IMG/VR virus record: IMGVR_UViG_3300011008_000002
Strand: one strand, 5' to 3'
Length of the DNA stretch: 64,000 nucleotides
DNA from: a virus
Taxonomy: Duplodnaviria; Caudoviricetes
Positions 9,455 to 19,517 of the stretch are shown here, one piece after another (position 1 is the stretch's first letter; each line of letters begins with the position of its first letter). A program made the translations under genes and the position numbers. The notes under the pieces were generated by a model, which did not search any database, was not told the origin of the DNA, and saw only the letters and a program-made list of their open reading frames with translations.

Positions 9455-10330
9455 TTACGCACTGTACCAACGATAGACAATACTCATGTCCTTTTCCATA
9501 TGTAAAGGTTCATTAGTGAAGTGGCAGCAAGAAGCCTGACGAACCTGCTTGTAGTCAGGGCGACCATCTTCTGTTCTTGAAAGCACTCCTGTGCACAGAC
9601 CAATCTCACTGAAACGAATCTCCTCGATGTTATCGTACAAATCAAACCACTCCCTGAAGTCATCTTTCTCGATGGAGCATACACATTCTGCAAATACTTC
9701 AATAGGAGTGTTCCTTGTAGACGTGTAGTCAGCCTCTGTAACTGCACTACCGTCAACATCCTTTGCAGCATCTTTCCAAAGAGGAGTAATAACGGGAGTC
9801 CTCTCGAATACTTTCCCGTAATACGCATATTTACCGTCTTCAAGCTGACGCATGAGATAATACTTTTCGTATTCTTCCATACCCTCAACAAACGGTTCCT
9901 GTACAACACGGAAAGGAATAATCTGGTTCAACTCCCTCTGTTGCTGATATACCGCTTTAATATCCTTACGGGAATCACCACAACCCCCGATACCAACAGT
10001 CCAAAGGCAAATAGCATTCTCCCTGGGATACTTCTCGGTAATAGACGGTCCATCTGTTGCAATGTTCATAATGTTATTCAGATAGTCAACATGAACCCCT
10101 GAACTTACATTGAACATCTTCTCAAGTGCATACAAAGAACCACCGAGTAGGATCTCATTATGTTTACGTCTTATGACATTTTCACCAAGTAAGCTAAGTC
10201 CCGTGGCGGGGTCAACCGATGGTATCCCTCTGGTAAGTATAACTTCGCCTGCGAGACCAACATGGTCATGATGGTATGACATATCTTTCAGAATCCTAGT
10301 AGATTCATTGATCTTTGTCAAAACTGGCAT
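9455..10330 (-). CDS. putative virion structural (baseplate/tail) protein
   Basis: ACAA-N5-TAA motif at 10364-10375 (-); AAGGAGG RBS; IGIGG and FSEIGL motifs reminiscent of tail-fibre attachment proteins. Confidence 0.45.
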   Translation of the reverse strand: MPVLTKINESTRILKDMSYHHDHVGLAGEVILTRGIPSVDPATGLSLLGENVIRRKHNEILLGGSLYALEKMFNVSSGVHVDYLNNIMNIATDGPSITEKYPRENAICLWTVGIGGCGDSRKDIKAVYQQQRELNQIIPFRVVQEPFVEGMEEYEKYYLMRQLEDGKYAYYGKVFERTPVITPLWKDAAKDVDGSAVTEADYTSTRNTPIEVFAECVCSIEKDDFREWFDLYDNIEEIRFSEIGLCTGVLSRTEDGRPDYKQVRQASCCHFTNEPLHMEKDMSIVYRWYSA

Positions 10331-10378
10331 CTCTTTATTCCTCCTTATTTCATTTTGTAAATCTTATTTAATTGTGTC

Positions 10379-13300
10379 CTAACTGTCGTGTATTATGAAT
10401 TTCAGAGGGCATCTAGTATCAGACATAGCCATCCTATCATATATTTTCATGTTACAGCTAGATACAAGATTTTCAACAAAATTTTCTAGTATATCTTCTC
10501 TAGGCACCAGTAATCCATTGTTGAATAGAACGTACTCAATATCATCATCGTCTTTTTGTACTCTTGCAGCTTTAATCGAATCAACGAAACCGATTTTATC
10601 TGACAAAAGTATAGACCCAGAACTAATGATGTTATCAGAGTATGGTTTTCCGATGTTTTCACGTATCTTGATATTTACATCTCTCGTGTTTACAGATTCA
10701 TGGTTATCTTGAGTATCATTTATGTTTCCTCTAACAACCAAAGGTTCTATGACATCATATGAAAATTGTTTATCATCTTGCCGTTTGTATTTCGTACCAA
10801 ATAATGGAGTATCAGAGTATCTTGTAGACATTATCTCCCTTAAGATTTCGTTCTCACTCATATTTGTTGCTAAATCTTGCATTGATACATTATCTCTTAA
10901 ATAAGTATCAGCGAAACTATAGATAGAGTCGTAAAGAGAACCACCTTTTTCAACCAACTTAATGTATCCAGTGCCCTTCAAATAAACGATGGTGTCTGAA
11001 TACATACCCATCATAAGATCTTTAGGTGATATTCTAGCCACAAGTTTAGTTGAGTCTCTCATAAGATTGAAGAAATCTTTCAAATCTAACTTACTTGATG
11101 TACGAATAAAATCAAACAGCTTGCCGCGTGTCTCTTTTTTCTTCATTACAGCAGACATTGCATTTATCCACTCATGATAACCAATATCAAGTTCCTTTAT
11201 GGACATACTTGCATGGAACCACATACGGGTCATCATTTTCATGAGATTGTAATATCTACTGTCAAAAAGATATATCACTTCCATATCATTAATGTCTATG
11301 GTATAAGACTTAAACCATCTGAGAAGTCTTATGATACCATTAACAATGGTTGTATCGACAGGATTTAGATACTTCAGATATTCTGCGTCAACAAACATAG
11401 TTGACATCTTTGTGGCGATGTAATTAATCTTATCAACACAGGCTTCTGGTTCCAACTCGTCTATGTAAGTATATATCGGAAAATCATAAGCTTTAAGCCA
11501 ATCCATATAAGTCTCTGGTATTGACCCATCAGGTAATGCAAATACTTCATTATGAACGTCTGTCACCAATAATGCATTATATAGCTTCTTTGTAGCGTGA
11601 TATACACGTTCATCTTGAGTAATCTGCATAGTCTCTACCAGTAATCGGTTTAACTCTCTTACATTCCGATACATCTCATTCACATCACTTGTTGTACTAA
11701 AGTAGATATCTTTGATGTAACTGACCAATTTTTGAGAATACAAGTCTGGATGACTGGTAATCTCATGTCTAATGGCTTCCAAATCCAAGTCGAAGTTAAA
11801 ACCAAGAACCGCTAATGCTTGTGATGGGGATGTAAGTAAATCTGGTTCTGTTTTGTAGTATTTGCACATAATACAAATGAGCATAACTTCAAGTTCAAAC
11901 AAAGATACCGGTGTTGGACTAATCATTGAGATATCTACTGTAATATTAGATGTCTCATATTTCTTATCGCATAACATTTTCTGAAGGTAAATATGCTCAA
12001 ATACAACTTCCTGCATATGAAGAGTTATTGCGATATTTGTATATTTTGTCTCAACATAGTTAATCTCAGCTTCTTGAAGTTTCTCAACCAGTTCTCTATC
12101 CTCAATCCACAACGAGTCAGGTACTGTAACTGATTCGTATGAATGTGCGTTAGCATCAGTTATCTCAACCAAATCAATATCGTTCTCGTTCATTGGAACT
12201 CCGACAAAATAATAGTCATAAGTCTGAGTTTTGTCAAGTTCATATGAAGCATTTCCGTCATCATCAAGAACAGTCCGATATATAAAGATTGGTTTGGGTT
12301 CTGATTCATCATCAACCTGAGCTGTTTTATGCTGTTTCACCAACAAATACTTTGTTAAATCATAATTATCATATTCTATCAAACTCAGAATATCATACAT
12401 AACTTGAGATGTACACTTATTCATGATGAGAATATTCAAATTCTTAACTAACGTCTTTTGTTGTCTTAATGTAAGAGTGTCAATAAACGGTACTCCGTAT
12501 GCATCAAGGAACATTCTGCAAGTTTCAAGGTCATAGAAATCTCTATCAACCATAACTTCAAACATCGAGTCAACCATTCTTTGAATTGCCATTACAAGGA
12601 TAAAAAATCCCATGTACGATTCATAGAAGTCATAGTTGGCACTGTAATGAAAGTTATATACCTGGGATAGTATATAGTTTCGTGCTTCCTCATAGTATAA
12701 GATGAAATCCCTATTGAAACGATTTGCATTATCTGGTCTTGGTACGTATAGTAATTCAAAATGACCGGCTGTTCTTGCTGTTACAATGTCAATTCTACGA
12801 GCCCCAAGATACTTGATATATTCTGCATTGTAATAATTGAGCTCCGAATATGTAGCATAAATTTCATCCAGAAACCCCTGTTTTTCCATTGCATTCAATA
12901 CCGTTTGAGGTAACTCGTGAAGCGGAGTAAGGTTATCTAATCGGTCAGCGTTATAATCCTCTATAGAGTCTTTGGTATAGCCAAAAGCTGCCAAATCTGT
13001 AGGACTTAAATAAATACTATCCGCATTCAAATCAGGTAGTCCTGCAAGCATACGATAGTAATTATTTCTTTCTGTATAATTTTGTATTATCTCTTGACGT
13101 CTCAGTTCAAGAGCTTTTGCACGCTTTTCTTCAGGAACGAGGTATATATCTTCGCTCCTGATTTTCATAATCAGTTCATTATCGTAAATACCCACCGCAT
13201 TTAGTACCTTCACAGATAGAGTTTTTGGTCGTACAGCCATCCAATTATCCGTACGAAGCATTGCTGCTACAAACTCATCTCCTGCAAGTCTTGTCGTCCC

Positions 13301-13402
13301 AGTTTCATACTTTTCAGCTTCTCTTGACGACTTATATACGATATGCGGAACGATTGCTCTAAGGTAACGTTTGAAACTGTTTACCATTTCCATACGAACC
13401 AT
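10379..13402 (-). CDS. large putative baseplate structural protein
   Basis: 1007-aa ORF with an AACA-N6-TA motif at 13422-13434; structural gene context. Confidence 0.45.
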   Translation of the reverse strand: MVRMEMVNSFKRYLRAIVPHIVYKSSREAEKYETGTTRLAGDEFVAAMLRTDNWMAVRPKTLSVKVLNAVGIYDNELIMKIRSEDIYLVPEEKRAKALELRRQEIIQNYTERNNYYRMLAGLPDLNADSIYLSPTDLAAFGYTKDSIEDYNADRLDNLTPLHELPQTVLNAMEKQGFLDEIYATYSELNYYNAEYIKYLGARRIDIVTARTAGHFELLYVPRPDNANRFNRDFILYYEEARNYILSQVYNFHYSANYDFYESYMGFFILVMAIQRMVDSMFEVMVDRDFYDLETCRMFLDAYGVPFIDTLTLRQQKTLVKNLNILIMNKCTSQVMYDILSLIEYDNYDLTKYLLVKQHKTAQVDDESEPKPIFIYRTVLDDDGNASYELDKTQTYDYYFVGVPMNENDIDLVEITDANAHSYESVTVPDSLWIEDRELVEKLQEAEINYVETKYTNIAITLHMQEVVFEHIYLQKMLCDKKYETSNITVDISMISPTPVSLFELEVMLICIMCKYYKTEPDLLTSPSQALAVLGFNFDLDLEAIRHEITSHPDLYSQKLVSYIKDIYFSTTSDVNEMYRNVRELNRLLVETMQITQDERVYHATKKLYNALLVTDVHNEVFALPDGSIPETYMDWLKAYDFPIYTYIDELEPEACVDKINYIATKMSTMFVDAEYLKYLNPVDTTIVNGIIRLLRWFKSYTIDINDMEVIYLFDSRYYNLMKMMTRMWFHASMSIKELDIGYHEWINAMSAVMKKKETRGKLFDFIRTSSKLDLKDFFNLMRDSTKLVARISPKDLMMGMYSDTIVYLKGTGYIKLVEKGGSLYDSIYSFADTYLRDNVSMQDLATNMSENEILREIMSTRYSDTPLFGTKYKRQDDKQFSYDVIEPLVVRGNINDTQDNHESVNTRDVNIKIRENIGKPYSDNIISSGSILLSDKIGFVDSIKAARVQKDDDDIEYVLFNNGLLVPREDILENFVENLVSSCNMKIYDRMAMSDTRCPLKFIIHDS

Positions 13403-13499
13403 CTCCTTTCCGCGTACAATCTTAAATGTATGTTAAAATCCATTATTTTTAAGCTTCGGACACAAGGACTTAAAGTATTAGAGAGGAGATGATGGGAAA

Positions 13500-14111
13500 A
13501 TGATTATTATTGACGGTCCCACTGGAAGTGGAAAAACCACGACTTTAAAGGAATTAGAAACCCTTGGATATAAGGTTATTCCTACCTATACTACTAGACC
13601 AATAAGAGCTCACGATTTTGGTACAATACATGTCGAACCGAATGAGTATAATGCTGTGTTTAAAGAAAACAAGACGTTTGCTGATTTCAAAATTAATACA
13701 GCATATGGTGAGTATGTATGGTATCTGAATACAGATGATCTAAAGAAGGCAGGGAATATGTCTGCATTGGTTGGGAGTATTAAAATTACTCCAACTCTAG
13801 CAGTATATGCCAATTGGGTATTACGTGAACCATTATTCAAAGTATTTCTGAATGTTGATTATAAGACCATACTAGAAAGAACTAAAGACTTCATAAACGG
13901 AGATGAAAATGCTATAAAGGATAGGTTGAGAAGGTTCAAGAAAGATGATGATGAACTACAGGGTTTGAAGTTCAATGCTAACTTTGTTGTTGAGAATAGA
14001 GATATGGGAATTGCTCCCCATGTAGTCGCAGACCTCATTATAGAAAACTATCAACTATTCCTAAAGGAAAGGAGTGTTTATGATGAAGCAAATGCCCGGT
14101 ATCATATTTGA
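13500..14111 (+). CDS. guanylate-kinase-like nucleoside monophosphate kinase
   Basis: Walker A GPTGSGKTT and the GMPK signature YTTRPIR. Confidence 0.8.
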   Translation: MIIIDGPTGSGKTTTLKELETLGYKVIPTYTTRPIRAHDFGTIHVEPNEYNAVFKENKTFADFKINTAYGEYVWYLNTDDLKKAGNMSALVGSIKITPTLAVYANWVLREPLFKVFLNVDYKTILERTKDFINGDENAIKDRLRRFKKDDDELQGLKFNANFVVENRDMGIAPHVVADLIIENYQLFLKERSVYDEANARYHI

Positions 14112-14772
14112 TAAAGCAGAAGCTCCTCATCCGAGGATAGACTCAGATAATGCTTCTTACTATATCGAATTTGACAAGACAGAGGAGTACTTTGATTTCT
14201 TTGATAATGAAATAGCATTTATTAAAGGAGTCGAAAGAAATGTAAGGAAACATCGTTTCTTAAGGATAACGTATCCGAAGTATCTTAAGGAAGTGGTTGG
14301 ACTTAAGGAATGTCAAGTATTATCCAATATTAAAGCTGATGATAAAAGTGGTGTAAAGTTGGAGTTACATCACGGACCTATTCTCACGTTATTTGATACT
14401 TGTGAAATTGTTACAAGAGCTTTTCGCGCAAGGGGTGTTAAAAATATTAATACTTTCTCAGTAGCGAATGAAGTGGTGGAGCAACATAGGTTAAATAATG
14501 TGAGGGTAATGTTCTTATGTAAATCAGTTCATCAGAAGGTACATGACGAAGGAATATACATCAATTATCAGCAGGGCTTTGGCGATACTTTACGGTTCAT
14601 AGAACTTTTCTCAGATGGAATTGATAAAGCCATGAAAATGAAAATCAATGATTACATTGGTTGGAGTATTGACCATGACTCTACAGATAATGATATTCTA
14701 AAGATTGCTGATACTATGAGGGAATGGGGAAATAACGATTTTGATAACTTTGATTCCATTCCTATTCAATAA
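14080..14772 (+). CDS. HNH-like (His-Me finger) protein, paralog A
   Basis: C...LELHHGP...LCKSVHQKVH; paralogous to 22268-22966. Confidence 0.55.
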   Translation: MMKQMPGIIFDKAEAPHPRIDSDNASYYIEFDKTEEYFDFFDNEIAFIKGVERNVRKHRFLRITYPKYLKEVVGLKECQVLSNIKADDKSGVKLELHHGPILTLFDTCEIVTRAFRARGVKNINTFSVANEVVEQHRLNNVRVMFLCKSVHQKVHDEGIYINYQQGFGDTLRFIELFSDGIDKAMKMKINDYIGWSIDHDSTDNDILKIADTMREWGNNDFDNFDSIPIQ

Positions 14773-14785
14773 GGGGGTTTATATT

Positions 14786-15295
14786 ATGACGGATGTAGCA
14801 ATTATTGTTTTATTGATAATCTTGATTGGTGTGATTATATACCAAATCAAAATGGATTTCTATAATAGACAGAAGATGTTTGAACTTCAGATAGAGGGTG
14901 CAAAAGGACAACAGGCAGTACTCAAAGATATGAGTTGGGAAGATATAAAGAAAACCGTAAACGATATCATATCATTTAACGTAAGTACATATATCATCAC
15001 AAATGGCTTACAAAAAATGAAGAATGATGAGTTGTCTCTGATGTGGACTATGATACTTGGAGAATTATGTACAAGAATTGATATGTCTATATCAGATGAG
15101 ATAAAACGACAAGCATTCAAATCCATATCGCAAGATTATTTCAGTCGTTTTATTAAAGATTCCGTACAGATAACGATTATCTATCAACTAGAGAATAATA
15201 AAGATAACTCTGTAAATAATCGGTTATCGCGGATACAACAGACTCAATCCAATCTTCCTGATATAACTCAACGTGTAACAAATGCAAAAAAATAA
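14786..15295 (+). CDS. membrane-anchored hypothetical protein
   Basis: N-terminal TM helix VAIIVLLIILIGVIIY; AAGGGGG RBS. Confidence 0.65.
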   Translation: MTDVAIIVLLIILIGVIIYQIKMDFYNRQKMFELQIEGAKGQQAVLKDMSWEDIKKTVNDIISFNVSTYIITNGLQKMKNDELSLMWTMILGELCTRIDMSISDEIKRQAFKSISQDYFSRFIKDSVQITIIYQLENNKDNSVNNRLSRIQQTQSNLPDITQRVTNAKK

Positions 15296-15323
15296 TGGGG
15301 TACGGTCGTACCCCATTATTTTT
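15291..15323 (+). terminator. intrinsic terminator
   Basis: AATAATGGGGTAC/GTACCCCATTATT hairpin with a T tail. Confidence 0.8.
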
Positions 15324-15330
15324 CTTCAGG

Positions 15331-15842
15331 TATACAAAAAATGAACAAGGATAGCTTATTATTTGCTATCCTTGTTCCGTTACCTTTATCGGGAGTTTAC
15401 CCGCTTGCAAGACATTTTGTCTTACTTTACCGGTTGGCGGTACTCAAATCTTTCCATGCTAACCAACCGTTTCTCCTTTCCGACACTATCTGCAAGGAAC
15501 ATCCTCACCGATATATGGTCACGGAACGTCCGCAACCAATGGAGAAACAACTTCAAATCACATTGTCCCTTTTATTTCAGTCTTGTCATAGATTATGCCC
15601 ACTCACCCGTTGGCTCACTTAGATTCATGACCATCCTCTAAGTCTTTTATTGATTGGGTGTCTTTATCTCACTTACCGGTTTTCAAAATGGTCTGCTTAA
15701 GTCAGCCATTACCCACTCATAAGTGTCCCTCTAGGAAACGAAACCATCCCGTGCACAAGATAAATTCCGTCGGTCTTCGATAAGCACAGCCCGGGTGACT
15801 CCATATACCAGCCGGGACATTTATTGACAGCGAGTCTCTTGA
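15331..15842 (-). ncRNA. candidate large structured ncRNA (~500 nt)
   Basis: No minus-strand ORF of 60 aa or more; GC higher than flanks; many helices, several with G-U pairs valid only on the minus strand; ends in terminator 15331-15377. Confidence 0.65.
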
Positions 15843-16715
15843 TTATCTGGATTTTATTTGGCGACTGTTGTTCTTCCCTATCCCAAGAGAAGCCATATTT
15901 AACATTGGGACTAAAATATGGTTGAAATTAAAACGTATATCCATCAATTCTTTATACGACATATCGAGTTCGTCAACTCCAAATGTCTTATTATCCATAT
16001 GAAGTATAAACAATGATTCACTGTTAAACTCTCTATATACATCAATCGGTAAACGAAAATACTTATAGTCATCTATAGTATTAACCATGTACTTCGTCGC
16101 ACCTTCATAATCGAATTTAACAATGTATTTCAAATACCTCTTTATGATAGGAACAATGCCTGTCATATGATAACGCGACAACACATCATCACTGATGCCT
16201 TTTATTGCGATATCGTCTGTATAAGAGTTGTAAAATACTTCATATGCTACGTGTCTGGACTTAAGGTTGGTTTGTAACTCATCCTTGCCCAGTAAGAAAT
16301 AAATGTCATACGTATGCTTCTCTCTGAAGTTAATATATTCACCTATTTCTGTTTGATAAACATATCTCTTTAGAAATATAGCATCACGTTTGACTGAAAA
16401 AATATCAACTGCATCTAGTTCGTTTCTTTCTCCAAAAAGCAACCTATATTTCCTGAAGAACTCCTCTAGCTTCTTCGGAATGGTTCGCTCATTAGGATTT
16501 TTGGAATACCTCAACTTTCCTATAACGGAGTCTCTTTCAACTCCTTTCGGAATTTTCTTTAATGACTCAATCATCTTTGGAGGAAGTAGTTGTTCCTCCT
16601 GTATGATAGAAAGTCCTCCATCTTTCATATCATACTCGATGATATCCCCGATGAACAAATCTGTTGGATCTGTCCATCGGGATTTTTCAAGGAGTTTTCT
16701 TGTGTCTTCTGTCAC
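15843..16715 (-). CDS. minimal, divergent family-B-like DNA polymerase palm protein
   Basis: IIEYDMKDGGLSII resembles PolB motif A (DxxSLYPSII); IFSVKRDAIF resembles motif C (YGDTDSIF); no exonuclease domain evident. Confidence 0.45.
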   Translation of the reverse strand: MTEDTRKLLEKSRWTDPTDLFIGDIIEYDMKDGGLSIIQEEQLLPPKMIESLKKIPKGVERDSVIGKLRYSKNPNERTIPKKLEEFFRKYRLLFGERNELDAVDIFSVKRDAIFLKRYVYQTEIGEYINFREKHTYDIYFLLGKDELQTNLKSRHVAYEVFYNSYTDDIAIKGISDDVLSRYHMTGIVPIIKRYLKYIVKFDYEGATKYMVNTIDDYKYFRLPIDVYREFNSESLFILHMDNKTFGVDELDMSYKELMDIRFNFNHILVPMLNMASLGIGKNNSRQIKSR

Positions 16716-17599
16716 GGTGTTTCGTATTCAACCCTTCTTTGCGAACTTAATCGCATATCGTGGAGGATTTTATCTACTAACATCTCTTTCGACGAACCAG
16801 GAACTATCCTGATATTCCTCGCCCGACACATATCCTTTATATCATCATCTGATCTATTCAACAGCAACTCTATAACCTTATCTTCAAGGCTCTCCGTGAA
16901 ACGATTGTAGAAGACAGATTTGATATCCTCATTTTCTCCAGGAGACTTATTAATCATTGCGGCAACTTCTTCCTGTGCCCGTAATTTATCCTGTATCTCA
17001 TTTATATCTCCATAGTTACGGATAACACATTCAAAGTTATGACCATCAAATTCATCAGGAACCTCAATTTCGAGTGTCCTGACAAACTTATCGAACATCT
17101 TACGATCATCTTCGTATAACGTTACCAATTTCCTAACGTCACTGTATACGAAAGACTTAAACCCAAACTGGTCTTCAATGAATATCTGGAGATATTCTGG
17201 TATCCTACCTGAACACTCATAGGCAGCAAATACAATAAGGATATCACATCCTTCATTCACAGCCATATCTACAACCGCACATAAATCACTTAACGGTTCT
17301 GCTCCTAACAGATGAGAATTATACATGGTTACGAATGCATCTCTCTGCCTTGCGTCATACAGATATTCCATAGCCTTTGCCGGTGGAACCAAAGTATCAA
17401 CAAACTCTATGTTATCGTACTTAGATTCATAATGAATACCTGTATCTATTCCAGATATCATATCTCTTGTCTTTAGTGATCCTGATATCTCTCTTGATGC
17501 GATTAAAATAGAGTAGTTCGCCAGATCGTTAAATCTGGCGAACTCCATAACCAAGTCATCAAAAGAGATCATAATGATACTGCCTCTTTTATCAGACAT
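16712..17599 (-). CDS. hypothetical protein, DUF488-like N-terminus with C-terminal SAP/HeH-like nucleic-acid-binding motif
   Basis: LVPP...F..MY..HL pattern; C-terminal SDDDIKDMCRARNI...SSKEMLVDKI. Confidence 0.4.
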   Translation of the reverse strand: MSDKRGSIIMISFDDLVMEFARFNDLANYSILIASREISGSLKTRDMISGIDTGIHYESKYDNIEFVDTLVPPAKAMEYLYDARQRDAFVTMYNSHLLGAEPLSDLCAVVDMAVNEGCDILIVFAAYECSGRIPEYLQIFIEDQFGFKSFVYSDVRKLVTLYEDDRKMFDKFVRTLEIEVPDEFDGHNFECVIRNYGDINEIQDKLRAQEEVAAMINKSPGENEDIKSVFYNRFTESLEDKVIELLLNRSDDDIKDMCRARNIRIVPGSSKEMLVDKILHDMRLSSQRRVEYETP

Positions 17600-19517
17600 T
17601 TACAGTTACCTCCTCACCTCTGGACAGAGGTTTCCCATTGACAAGAATGGTTTCATTGGGACTGAAATTCCCTCCAAACCCAGGAATTACATCTTCAGGC
17701 TCGGGTTCTTCAGTTGCTGCACTATCAGTGACTTCTGTAGTTTCACTAACTTCCTCAGCCTGCTCAGCCTCATCCTCTGTTGTTTCTTCATCTCCAGTTT
17801 CATCTGATGCATCATCTTCTGTTTCCTCGGATTCGTCAACGGTTTCCTCATTATCAGAATTATCATCAGATGTTTCAGGTTCTTTAGTCACTTCCTCAGT
17901 AGTAACTTCTTCAACAGGTTGAGTTTCCTGCCATTCCCCCACCGTTACTACTTCGGATTTATCGGTCTCCGGAGTTGCTTCAACCTCAACTTCCTTGGGT
18001 TTCTCCTCAGGAGTCACTTCGGCAACTTCCGGCTTAGTTTCCTTGTCATCCGTTACATCTACCTTCGGCTCATCAATCTCAACCTCAGTCTTAACTTCAG
18101 TAGAGTCTGTCTGAGTAGCCACCACAGATGCATCCGGTTCTTTGTACTCATCATTCCCGATTTCTTCCATCATGCCGCCAGTCATTTCACCGACATTTGT
18201 ATCCTCTTCGGGAGCAATATAAGCATCCGATGCGAGTGTAGAATCTTCCTGATATGATATAGATACACCCTGAGATTTTTCCATGCGCTCTCTCACAGAT
18301 TCAAAGTATGCCTCTTCCTGAGCACGAGCCATCTCTTCAGCCTGACGTTCAGCTTCAGCAGTATCTTCCTTCAATGCCTGAATCATGCGAGTGAAGTTTG
18401 CTTCAATCTCATCAGGGTCATCATCCCTATCTTCATCATACCTCGTATCATCGTCATCAGACGGATTATAATTCATCCGAATTCCAATCGGATGCCCGTT
18501 CATGTAGTTTTCCTGATAATTCTCAGTGAAAACTGGTTCCGGTACTTCGGATAAATCCTCATAAAGAATATTCCTTGCTTCTTCATCATTCGGATCCTGC
18601 ATTATCCGAAGCATAGCAGAAAACTTACTCTCGATACTGTTATTCATTGTTCCTTCCTCCCCATTCAAAAAGACTTTCATTTCGAGTTCCTCCTTTAATT
18701 TCTGATATCGACTATAATCCTCAGGAGTATCTATTAAGAATTGATTATCACCTATCAGTTGTTCCTGATAAACTGAAATTTCTTTACTCAATACACCCTT
18801 CGGCATTTTTATTGATGCAGCCTTTCTTTCTACTATCATGTCGATATCAACTTGTTCACCCTGTACACGTTTTCGTTCATTGTAAGTATAAATCGCCTTA
18901 CATCCAGAACGATTGGTACACATAAGTTTGTCGTATGACGAATCATACGTGAGTGGACTACCACATTTACTACAGGTAAACAAATTTTCCGTAAACCTAT
19001 GGCAATATGCATAATCCAAAATAACGGGTTCTCCATCGCGTAATCCCCAGTTTGTCATGTTCTTCTTAATGTATCCAACATCACCAAGAAGATAATCATT
19101 ACATAACCTATCGAGGATTTTCCGTATCTCGACATCATAGAGCTGCCATTTCTCGCTCGTATTGATAACTTCTACGTATTCAGCGATTAATATATACCCA
19201 TTCGTTTCGTAAGATTTTGTAACATACGGTTGTAATTCTGGACTAAGACTATATTCGATAAGATTATCCCGATAGCCTTGTTCGTCCATAGCAAACTTAA
19301 CCGCATATCCATCAATCTGTAACGCGATACGATTTGTTGCACCGCCAAGTATTTCAAAATCATACCCATAAGTGAACAAAAGGTCACCCAATATAATCAT
19401 TTTTTCTGCATTGGATTCAATCCTTCTGTTATCACAAATCGCCGCGATATATCGTAGTAAATTCTCGTGTTTCCCAAAGATGGTCTTTATTTTACTTTTA
19501 ATAACAGTCATGTTCAT
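17592..19517 (-). CDS. Ser/Thr protein-kinase-like protein with Zn ribbon and long acidic tail
   Basis: LGGATNR, AVK, DNLIE, catalytic-loop-like GDVG...NWG and ILDYA (DFG equivalent); CSKC...C...C; E/D/T-rich C-terminal half. Confidence 0.7.
   Translation of the reverse strand: MNMTVIKSKIKTIFGKHENLLRYIAAICDNRRIESNAEKMIILGDLLFTYGYDFEILGGATNRIALQIDGYAVKFAMDEQGYRDNLIEYSLSPELQPYVTKSYETNGYILIAEYVEVINTSEKWQLYDVEIRKILDRLCNDYLLGDVGYIKKNMTNWGLRDGEPVILDYAYCHRFTENLFTCSKCGSPLTYDSSYDKLMCTNRSGCKAIYTYNERKRVQGEQVDIDMIVERKAASIKMPKGVLSKEISVYQEQLIGDNQFLIDTPEDYSRYQKLKEELEMKVFLNGEEGTMNNSIESKFSAMLRIMQDPNDEEARNILYEDLSEVPEPVFTENYQENYMNGHPIGIRMNYNPSDDDDTRYDEDRDDDPDEIEANFTRMIQALKEDTAEAERQAEEMARAQEEAYFESVRERMEKSQGVSISYQEDSTLASDAYIAPEEDTNVGEMTGGMMEEIGNDEYKEPDASVVATQTDSTEVKTEVEIDEPKVDVTDDKETKPEVAEVTPEEKPKEVEVEATPETDKSEVVTVGEWQETQPVEEVTTEEVTKEPETSDDNSDNEETVDESEETEDDASDETGDEETTEDEAEQAEEVSETTEVTDSAATEEPEPEDVIPGFGGNFSPNETILVNGKPLSRGEEVTVNV

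Noticed and set aside
15341-15641. Two + strand ORFs (93 and 92 aa) in the ORF track
   Set aside because: No RBS, they start inside a terminator hairpin, and G-U pair asymmetry points to a minus-strand structured RNA instead
15331-15842. tmRNA, RNase P, SRP, group I/II intron or CsrB-like identity for the large RNA
   Set aside because: No tRNA-like ends, no RNase P or SRP conserved motifs, no domain V or P7 elements in the right order; the GGA count looks about as expected for the base composition
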